Shown piece after piece: positions 10,657 through 20,700 of a stretch of 64,000 bases of DNA. Position numbers and translations under genes: made by a program. Position 1 is the stretch's first letter. Each line of letters begins with the position of its first letter. The notes beneath the pieces were generated by a model. The model was given only the letters and a program-made list of their open reading frames with translations, was not told where the DNA came from and made no database searches. Origin of the DNA: Catajapyx aquilonaris (Eukaryota); contig JYFJ02001050.1 in NCBI GenBank assembly GCA_000934665.2, positions 1 through 64,000 of the forward strand, in the 5' to 3' direction.

Positions 10657-13530
10657 TTATTCCTCAGGCGATTTGGATGGATTGGGCAACTCGACCATCG
10701 CGTCTCCTGCGTCCGGAGTCTGCGATCCCACCGTCACCGTCTTGGACGTTGTGCTGCAGGATTCGTGGTCCGACCCTGGTCCAGGCGACAGTGGCCAAGG
10801 GAAGGGGCCAAACAGAGCGTCGAAGGTGGGGGAATACGCACGTAGCTCCGGCATCATCTTCGTGTCCGGAGAAAGGGCGGCTGGGACCCTCAGGAGCGAG
10901 TCCGCCTGGGACCAAGGGCGGGAATCTGGAAGCGACTTGTTGCAAGATTCGGTGCTGGGCGGCCTCCCGACGAACCCCCCGAAGCTGGCAAACTCCCCGT
11001 CGCACCTTCCCGTTGGGTCCGGACCGGGCTTTGGGCTTGGAGCAGGGATGGACCAGGGGTTGTTGGACTTGGACGACTGCGGCGTCTCCAGATTTGACGT
11101 TGGGGTGGTGGCGGTGGTGGTTGGGGTTGGAGTGGGGATTACTTCTGAGACCAGGATGGAGCGGTTGGTTTCAGAATCGTGCGTCGGCAGCGTGTAAGTG
11201 GCGGCGGACTTGGCCAGCGATTCAGTCATGGTGTCGTCGTCGCTGGATTCGTCCGTGTGCGCCTTGGCCTCCCTCCTGGCTCTGGCCAACCCGCTGAGGT
11301 ACCTCTTGCGATGCGGCCGGGGCGGGGATGCCGCCAGAGGCAAATGCCCGTCTTCCGCCATGTGGGCAAGGCTCTTGATCTTCCTCGGGTCGTGCTCGGG
11401 CAAGGCCTCCACTTCAATGGGCTGCGACTTGGCTTTTCTGAGCGCCACCTCTTCCTCCAAATGCAGGCTGGACGACTCCTCCTCCTCCTCCCCCAAAGGC
11501 ACGCTGGACGACTCCGACTTGGGGGCAGCTGAGGATGAGGTGGACGGAATGGCGGAGGGAGTGTGGGAGAATTCTGGGGTTGAAATGGGGGACAGGATGC
11601 TGCTGGGGGTGCGGGAGACGGGACGGGAGTGAATGACCCGGACTTCCTTGTGCTCGACCGGGTTGTACACAAAGTTCTGGATGAGGTTGGCGGGAATGGT
11701 CTGCCCGCAGTCCGATATGAAGATGTCTCTGCTGGGCCTCCCGCTGAACTTGCCCATGTCGGACAGCTTCCGGATGATGTCCATGCCGCGGGCGACCCTC
11801 CCCATCACAATGTGGGTCCCGTCCAGCCCAGGCATGCACTTCATGGTGACCATAATGCGGCAGCGACCGTTGTCCTCCGGATGCACGCCTAAACTCACAG
11901 TACCTGTTGGGAGGCAATGCGGTTAAGAGTCCGCGGTTCAAACGGCAAGAACGCTGCGCTCTCACCTGGGGCGGCGTGCTTGAGCCTGTAGCCGTCCCCT
12001 GGGAAGTTGAGTCCGTACGGGTGGATCCCTCCCCCGTCCTCTCCCGCCTTGGCCTGCAGCATCACGGTGGGAATGATCCTGTCTATGGGCGCGTTCCGGA
12101 GCCCCTGCCCGTCCTCCTTGGCCATGCACATGAGGAGGAAGTGGAAGGAGGCCATGGGGGCCATGTCCGGACGCAGCTCCACCACCACCTTCCCCAGGAC
12201 GCTCCTGCCCCTGGGCCTCCTCCGCGGCTCCCCGCCTTCCCTCAGCCTCTCCTGAGCGGACACCTCCAGGAAGCAGAGGGGGAACTGGTTCTGCATGACC
12301 ATGGACGCCTTGTGCCAGAAGTTGCCGATCTCCGCTCTGGCCCACTCCACCCGATGCATCTTGTCCTCCTCAGCCTCCCAGTGCAGCGGGAATTCCGTCA
12401 GCTTGCGGAGGTACTCCAGGCTCTGCTTCCAGGACATGTCGTACGACTCCTTCCCGTACTCCGACGTCTGCAATGAATCGCACGTTTGCAACAAAAACAA
12501 GTCTGGGTTTCGCCCGCACACTGACCGTCGTAAGCACTCGGTTCTGCAGCCGATCCGTCGTCTTCTTGTGCATCTGGATGTCCATGGCCGTCTTGGCCTT
12601 CCGCTGCTCCTGTCCGGCTTTCCTGGTGGACTCGGCACGTATCCACGTCCAATTGCGCGAATCCACTTTGGGCTGGGGAAAGACGGGCCAAATTAATCAG
12701 CGCTGTGTGTGCAAGGGGGAACCGGCAGACACGAACCATGCTGGTGGCCAGCCTGAGGGACTCCAGCCGATCCCGACTCCTCCTGAGGCGATCCTCCAGC
12801 CGCTTCTCCACCTCCTTCTTCCCTTTGCTCAGGATGTAACGGATCGGAGGAGATGTGTTCACGCACGGCTTCGCTGAAGACAGCTGCGTGAAAGAACAAC
12901 ATGTTTTTCGCACTGGATAACCCGAGAGTCCAAAAAGGTACGAACCATGACCCTGTATCTGAAGTTCTCGTCCTGCCTGTTCCTCTCCTGAAGGACGGAG
13001 TGCAGGGTCTTCCCTAGGAACGACCCATTCCCTTTCTTCCACCCGTTTGGAGTCATGATCTTCGACCCAAACACTACCAGCTTGATCTCCCTGTAGAGCT
13101 TCCCAGGGTCGATCAACGTGACCTCGTCCGACGGCATCGTCAGGACAGGATCGCCTCCCCTCACCTCCACTTCCGTCATGTCCACTTCCTCCTCGTCCTC
13201 CTCGTCCTCGTCATCACCATCCGACTCGGACGTTGCCTCCTCCTCGGACGTGGTAATCTCCACCTCGGATTCCATCTCCTCCATCGCCAGCTCCAGCTCT
13301 ACAGCCGTCGTCCCGCCTGTCCTCTCGCTGGACAGGCCAGCGCTCTCTCCCCGCTCCGTCCCTACCTTCGCCTTCCGGTCGTACTCCCCGCAGCACCTCT
13401 CCTGCGACAAGCAAGAGCATTCCGTCAACTCGCTCTGGCTGCTGGAGCTCCCCTCTCCGGACGAACCCGCAGACTCCGGCTGCGGTGCTCTCCATTGCCT
13501 ATGAACGCGAGTGGGGCGTACATCAGCCAT
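10657..13530 (-). CDS. Divergent CFAP97-like + cyclophilin-domain protein, copy C, with an acidic N-terminus and a long Ser/Pro/Thr-rich tail. Exons 13530 (or 13551)-12946, 12883-12737, 12672-12526, 12467-11966, 11903-10657
   Basis: LSSAKPCVNTSPP and PKVDSRN (KIAA1430-like); CFLEVS..LGKVVVELRPDMAPMASFHFLLMC..IDRIIPTVMLQ..LKHAAPGTVSL..GLDGTHIVMGRV..FSGRPSRDIFISDCGQ; the first three introns are phase 0 as in copies A and B. Confidence 0.8.
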
Positions 13531-13596
13531 CAAGTGTCCCCTGCTAATCATCTGAACAAGTTTCTACAAACATTTTCCTAAAAGATGTTTACACAA

Positions 13597-14014
13597 GTTA
13601 CCCCGGAGATGTTGCGGCCATTGTTTCTCCAGGGCATGCGACTGCCACGAATGCACGACCGGTATGCGAAATACTCGCAACAATTGCACCTTTCGTTACT
13701 TTTACAAATTGACCCCCTGCGTTAACATGTGATTAATACACGCTTATTACGTGTGAATGTACATATGAACTGTGGGGTTCAATGCATATTTTGTAGCAAT
13801 TTTTTTTTTTTAAACAGATTTTAAGCAATGTACTGCGGCTTCAGCGATGGGCAATTCAGATGTGTGATACGTACCTTCCCTTCACGCACAATCGGGTCTT
13901 CCCACCCATACTTATACAGATACGATCAAAAATTTGGGAGTAGAATAGTCAGTCAGGCTGTTGCCTAAACGAAGGAATAAATGTTACAAAGTCAATCGTC
14001 CGTTGCCTGGAAAC
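13597..14014. promoter_or_regulatory. Divergent promoter region with X-box-like motifs GTTACCCCGGAGAT (13597-13610) and GTTGCCTGGAAAC (14002-14014)
   Basis: Lies between head-to-head copy C and the coiled-coil gene; the 14002 motif is a close match to the RFX consensus and ends about 100 bp before ATG 14113. Confidence 0.55.
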
Positions 14015-14112
14015 TTCCACACTGTTTTTTTCCAATATTGTTCAGCTCCACACACATTTTGCGATCATTTCGGCCACGCCAACTTGACACGATCCATTTT
14101 TTTTTTAAAGTA

Positions 14113-16146
14113 ATGAAAGATTATTCCGAAATTCTAGTCCCCAGAGCTGCGGTGGAGAGAAGAAAGCAAAGGAACGACAAGTGAGTCCTCGTCCCGACTT
14201 ACATGCGTTTGTCCTAATTGTATTTCCATTAGAATTGTGCTGACGGTGGGTCCGGATCCGCACCTACACAGCAGCCCAAACGAATCCAGCAGCAGGTTCA
14301 AGCAGTACGCGCCGGTGGCACGTCCACCATGCGCAGGATGCGAAGACCCAGTGGCGGTCCAGCAGCTCATCAGGCACCTTCAGGGGTCGGTTGAAAAGTC
14401 GGACAACTGCCGGACGAGCCTGAAGGGCTGCATCAACGAGCTCCAGGTGCGCTGCAATAGAAATATGTGTGGTTATCGTACTGATACATTCCGGGGCAGG
14501 AGGAGTGCGGGCGACTGCAGGCGGACCTGCAGGATTCTGATGGGAGGTGCGGGCTGGCGGAGCAGAAGTGCCAGGAGATGGCGGCCTTCCTGCAGGAGCA
14601 GGAGAGGGAGGCGGCCCTGCAGAGCCAGCGTCTGCAGCAGGCGGAGGAGATGGTTCGGGAGCTGCAGGACCAGCTGAACCGGCAGGAGGAGGTGCTGCGG
14701 GAGGAGATGTCCAGCCGCAGGGAGCTGGAGGGGTACTTGAGGGACGCGGAGGGGAGGCTGCAGGAGGCGGAGGCGCGGCTGGACCAGGTGATGAAGGCGT
14801 ACAAGGTCCTGGAAGGGGAGTGCCTGGAGTACAAGGAGCTGCTGGCCAGGCTGAAGGCGGAGCACGACATGTGGCACGAGGAGAGGTCCGTGCTTCAGGG
14901 CGCGCAGGAGGACATGTCCTGCCAGGTGGAGCGAGCCAAGAGGGACGCCCTGAAGGCGGACGACGCTCTGAAGCAGCTGCAGGTCCGCGAGAGGCAGCTT
15001 CAGGATGAGAACGCCCGACTCCGCTGTCAGCACGAGCGGGAGCTGCAGGCCATGAAGCAGGTCTGCCACGACGCGGACAGCAAAGCGTACGACCTGGAGT
15101 GCGACAACAAGGTGTTGAGGGAGCAGGCCAACTCTGTGCACTTCCAGGCGCAGCAGGACCGGAAGAAGAGGGATATAGACAGAGCCAACCTGGAGAGGAG
15201 GATGTCCTTCGACAGGGAGACGCAGGTTCCGGATGTGAAGGTCAGGTACGCATGGGACGGCACCAACAACCTCAACGACGACCCCAACAGCTCTCCAGAC
15301 TCCGAGGTATTTCTCTCGCACTTTCCACGTAAACCGTATGTATTAATGTCCGCATAATTCACTATTTAAGACGGAGATGCACGAGTGTGGAAACGACACC
15401 CCGCCGGACACCAGGGTGAGTCCGTTGGGTAACTTGTCTTTCTGGACGGAATTTGTACACTGGTTATTTTCTTTGCCCGAAGGGTATGAATCTGGCGGAA
15501 AGGGACAAAATTATGGGCGAAGAACGATGCATGTGCAAACTCCTGAAGAAGAAGTACATATCGCAACGAGCGGAGGTACGGCATTGCCCACAATTGGACG
15601 CATGGCATTAACACTTTCTAATTGCAGATCAAGAAGTTGCAAGACAAACTGCAGCGTGTCAATGGCGGGAACTACGACAGACCGACCTTTGACCTACCAG
15701 CAGTTAGTTTCAATCCTAGTTAGTACAGAAGCAGGAATTAGCTTTCCTTATTTCCTTTGCAGTTCCTGCCCTCCCCAAGATATCCCTCGAGTTATCCGCA
15801 GCAAAAGAAAAGTAAATTATCACTCAAAGGTTCACACATTTTTTTTTTTGGATTCCGACCCATTTCGATGTGGCCTACATGCAAATTAATTTGATCGTCC
15901 TGCGTTTCAGCCGCCCGTTTCGGAAGCGCCCTTGCCACATTGTTCTCCCGGAACAAGCTTGAAAAGAATGGCACCAACTACCGTGGAACTGGAACTCGGA
16001 ATAGGGACGGGCCAGATTTAATCACGTTAGGACGCATTCGTTACTTACTTTTGCTCAGGATTTGACCCATCTTTTTCCCTTTTTTTAGTCCGAACCCAGT
16101 CCTGTACTGCCCGCAGGCTCTGACACGCAAGATCGCAAGGAGGTAG
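14113..16146 (+). CDS. Uncharacterised coiled-coil protein. Exons 14113-14180, 14233-14446, 14500-15306, 15371-15415, 15483-15575, 15628-15702, 15763-15811, 15911-16025, 16089-16146
   Basis: Long E/Q/R/L-rich heptad region (LQQAEEMVRELQDQLNRQEEVLREE...); frame-consistent GT-AG introns; AATAAA near 16246; the 3' exons are less certain. Confidence 0.7.
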
Positions 16147-16617
16147 AGCCGGCAAATGACTCAAGCGGTTGTCCACCCAACTTTGTTTATTTCGCCAACC
16201 TACACTTGGACCGAACAGCATCGCTGCGGCACACAGTCTTTAGAAAATAAACCAAATTTTACACCAACGTCCCCTAGAAAATCAGAGAGATTCTAAGCTG
16301 TACACACACGCGGGAAAAAAACAACAAAAAGTATTTACAATATGTGCAGATCCTCTTTCATGGGGATAAATGAGGAACCTTTTTTTTTAAAAATGGAAAT
16401 AGCCAGAACAAAAACCCAAAACAAAAAAAAAACCCGTCGTCACATTATAAAAACCGAAGCGTTTCATGCGGATATTTTCACTTTCGGGTGGTTTGGAAGA
16501 GAGAGAGAGAGAAAAAAAAACTGGGGTGTTCCATGTGTCACATTAACAGTTAATAAAACCATCCTGGGTAGAAAAGAACAAATGCGTCACATAGCAAAAT
16601 GAAAGCGGGGGGGGAGT

Positions 16618-19079
16618 TCAACTGGGGCGGCACTGGACAGCTGCCTCTCTGGGCGCCTCGTCCCCCGAGTCCTCCTCCCCTCCCAGGCCTCCCCCGCCCC
16701 CCAGCCCCCCTCCTCCGCCACCGGCCGTTCCAGTGATGCGGTAGCCCATGTTCATCAGCATCACTTCAAAGGGATCTGCGTTCATCCGCTTCTGGTTGGC
16801 AGACGCCGCGTCGTCCTGATCCTTCACTTCCCTGTCGTTCTTGCGCCCATCCTACGACGCAACACAAATTTAATAGCTTCAATAGTTTACCGTGAAACGC
16901 CAATAGTACCTCAGGCCTGGGGCTCCAGAGCCGGACGACCATGTCAATTCCAGAGGTGGCCAACAGGCAGCTGGATGGGTGCGGCTGGAGGCAGTTGACG
17001 ATGGAGTCGTCCCCTCGGAGAACCCTGACAATGTTGGTCGTGTGGCGATCCCACACAAAGAAGGACCCGTCGTCCGACCCGGCAACAATGTACTGCCCAC
17101 GGTTCCCGAAGAACGACGCCTCCTTGATGTCCGTCGTGGTGTTGCAGTGCCCGCAATACCGGGACTCGTAGTCCGAAGCTGCAGACCTCCAGGCCGCCTC
17201 GGAAGGAGTCAAAGCCGGTCGGGCAGATGAAGAGGAAGAGGGGGAAGAAGGGGCGGAAGTGGAGGAGGAGGACAGCGGGGAGGAATCGCCTCCGCCTCCC
17301 CTGTTGCTGCCGCCATTGTTGCCTTCTTCGTTCACATTGTCCGTTGCCTTCTGTATGTCCGAGTCCAAGGCTTTACAAACCGGGCTGGAGGCATGCTCCG
17401 GGTACTTAACCTTGAACGCTTGCATACAGTCCCACGCTTCTCGAGTCCATCTCAGTTCGTACAAGCAGCGGGCAAGCCTGCAACAACAACAAGAGTCAAT
17501 ATGGGCGCAACTGTACCTTAGTAGCATTAGGCCACAGACCTGAAATGTGCCTTGAAGTGGTTCTGGTCTAGCTGCAATGCCATGTGGCAGTCACGGAGGG
17601 CGGCGTAAGTGTCCCCGTCCCACCCACGCTTCATAAATGCCCATGCCCTGTTTGCGTACAGGACGGCCGTGTTGGGACACAGCCTGAGGGCACGGTTGTA
17701 CAGTGATATGGCAAGCGTGAAGTTCTGTGTGTCAAATGCGGTCTTTGCCTCTGACTTGAGCAGCTCGGCTCTTGGTGGGCAAAGAGGCAGAGACGACGCC
17801 CGCTTGACTCCGTTTGGCGAGGTCAGTCCATTGCAGTTGTAACCATTGCAGGGTTTGTCCAGCTTGAGGGCCTGGAGGTCAAACGCGGCCGGGTCGTGCC
17901 TGCGATTCACGTCGAAAAGATAAATCTGTTCCCCACCCAGGTTGACCAGCAGGTCGTTTCCATCGGTGCCGAAGGTCAAGTAGGTTGCTGCCAGCGACCG
18001 GTACCGCTTCCGTAGGTCATGGTGCTTCATGGGAAGATGGCCTGCCACAAAATAGGTGGCACAACCTGGAGGGAGATTGTCCTCTGGGGGTGGTGGCGGA
18101 GGAGGGGGGGTGACCTCTCCCGACACAGGGGGCGGGGGCGGAGGAAGAGGAGGCCTCATGGGGGCAGGCTTGATCATCCGACGGTCGTACACACGCACGT
18201 ACGGATCGTTGGCCCCAACGGCCAGCATCTCTGGTCGCAAGGGATTGATTGCAACGCACTTGGCCTCAGCGTACCGACCCAAATGCGTTGTCAAGTTCAC
18301 CAAGACATTAGGCGACTCAGCCGACGTACAGGTGTGGGGCGTGCGGAGGTCAGATTGCCTGAAATTACGTAGAGTCAAACACGGCAATCTTCCTTCAGAA
18401 GCAGTGCAAACAAGCCCACTCACATGACCATACCATCCTCGGCCGCACTCCAGAACATGTAAGGCAAGTTTGGGGCTGTGGCGATCCTCTTGATCCGTCC
18501 CGTGTGGCAGGTGCACACGTGGGTGGTCTCTCCCATCAGGATGTCATGGACCCTTATGCGGCAGTCTGCGGCCCCGCTCACCACCGTGTTGTCACCAGAC
18601 TTGGGCAGAAACTTGACCGAGAAGATGTTCCCGTGATGACCCGTCTGGATGCAGTGAAGCTTCCGGTATCGGAACGGGTCCCACAGGATCACCTGCACAT
18701 CGTCTGACCCAGAAGCCAGAATCCTGAGCAGGACAGGTATTCACATTAATATTTTTCCCCCCCCACAGAAACATCGCAATCTCTTACGTTCCAGACTCAT
18801 TCCATTCCAGGCAGTTGACACACCCATTGTGGCCATCCAGTTCCTTCTCCAGTCCCAACCTGCTGATGAACCTCGGTGTGACCTGCATACGGCTTGGGAA
18901 CTGCGGGGCATAGTCCGGCTGCAAAAAGGTACGCCAGCATTAAAATTCCGCTGCGGACCGCCGTCCAACTGGGGACCTACTTTGACCTCCCGATCCCTGT
19001 GCATCTGAGCCGCATTGTTTCCGCTGGAAGACATCAGGCCCCTTCCCTTCTTCACAGGCGGGCTGAAGCACTCCTCCAT
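16618..19079 (-). CDS. WDTC1: WD40 and TPR repeat protein 1 (adipose/DCAF9). Exons 19079-18981, 18918-18788, 18723-18424, 18358-17540, 17477-16910, 16851-16618
   Basis: LGLEKELDGHNGCVNCLEWN, TGHHGNIFSVKFLP, LLVNLGGEQIYLFD, TPR region YANRA.AFMKRGWDGD.YAALRDC, YCGHCNTTTDIKEA, NQKRMNADPFEVMLMNMGY, C-terminal VQCRPS. Confidence 0.97.
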
Positions 19080-20366
19080 TTCCTTTTGTTGACCTTACGT
19101 CGTCAGCAGCTGCGTGGGGCAGACACCGTCAGCAGTGCTCCATGGTGTGGCAGCCAATCAACCACCTGAAGTTAAAACACACTCTGTACGGTAGGCTACA
19201 AGGTCATTTAGCTTGCAAGTACAGCGGATTATCTGCCATGAGCGCAACGCCACCTGTCACCCGACCCTGCTTGTTCCGCGGAGTGTGCCTGTTGCGTCCT
19301 TGGGTGTTGACAACCCCTGTGGAGGCCATTGTTTGCTGCTGCGCCTCATTCCAACCAGAATTCCAAGTACCTCTAGTTGCACAAGCCAAAAGGAAGGGTG
19401 AAGAACCTCTTCCCCCTCCACCCTCCTCCTCCGCCCGCATCCCTCCCCTCTTCCCAGCAGCCCCAGCCCTGACCCTTTGACCCTTACCCTCAGCAGCTAG
19501 GGCACACTCCTCCGATGACCATCCCGCAGAGTCTGGTCACTGCCACGGCGGACAATTGATATTGAAAACGAATCGAACAGGAAAAGAAGAAGAAAAAAAA
19601 AATAAGTTACGTCTGTTCGGCCGCCATCTTTCTTTTTTTTTTGCTTTTTTTTTTTTTCGAACGTTCTGTCAGCTGAAAATTGTGATGTTGCCATCCTTNT
19701 CTCGGGGGGGGGGGGGGTTAAAATTTTAATTAAATGCACTAATTTAATTGATTGGATATTGGTGCAGCGTTATGCCCAGCGTATGCAGATTGGTTTAATT
19801 TACGGCCAGTTAATTATAGATGGCGCTGTGTTGGCGCCAAGTTTGAACCAGCTCTTGTTTTGCAAATAAATTTTAGCAGAATTCGGCCAATTCTACCTGT
19901 AAATTGATCGATTGATTGGATATCCGTACAGCAACATGTAGACATCATTTTTTTCGTATAAACTTTATTTTTATTATTATATTTCTTGACACTCATGAGA
20001 AAAATGGGGTTAGAATTTTCCTGAACAATTCCTTTTCTGTCGCAACAAAACAGAACGTAAAACACTGTTTTTTTTTAGCGTAATTGTTTCACACGTAAAG
20101 CAATAAATCTGAAGCTTCAAGGGCAACATATATCACAATGAAAAGGCACACTCGGTTTGGAAAACAATGGGAAAAAAAAGCAAGTACTGCGCCGTACTAG
20201 GCTCAATTGATAGAATCTTCTTCTCTTCTTCTAATATAAGGCAACAATGGCCATTTCGCTAATAATAATCTTCTCTCTGCACTGGTAAAACCCAACACGT
20301 GGATATATAAGTACGCAACTGTTTAAATTTTTTGGAGCACTTAAAAAAAGTAAATGTCGTGGCCAT

Positions 20367-20450
20367 GGAACCTGGGCAATGACGTCACTCGCATTTTTCC
20401 ATTATTGAAAAGTCATTGTTAACCCATTGTGACGTCAGTGCCCAAGTTCC
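20367..20450. repeat. Short inverted repeat with 22-bp arms (2 mismatches) in the MTF-1 3' UTR
   Basis: ggaacctgggcaatgacgtcac ... gtgacgtcagtgcccaagttcc. Confidence 0.8.
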
Positions 20451-20700
20451 GATTCCACTAAAGGAGTAAAAGTATACATATCAGATATGTAAGCACAACA
20501 ATAATAATAGTCACCATACGTTATTAAAAACCCTGACAGCACCATTTTAAAAAATAATGATAAAAGACTTACGAGCTAATAAGCACTTTCTGTGTGTCGA
20601 TACTCTAATACAATTTTCTTACGGCTCACCATGCGGACTGTCAAATGTCAACAATCCACTGTACGTTTTGGCGCAAGCCTCGCCGGTTGTTGCGCTAGGG

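Noticed and set aside
10652..15362. Many long overlapping antisense ORFs
   Set aside because: They are shadows of GC-rich coding exons on the opposite strand
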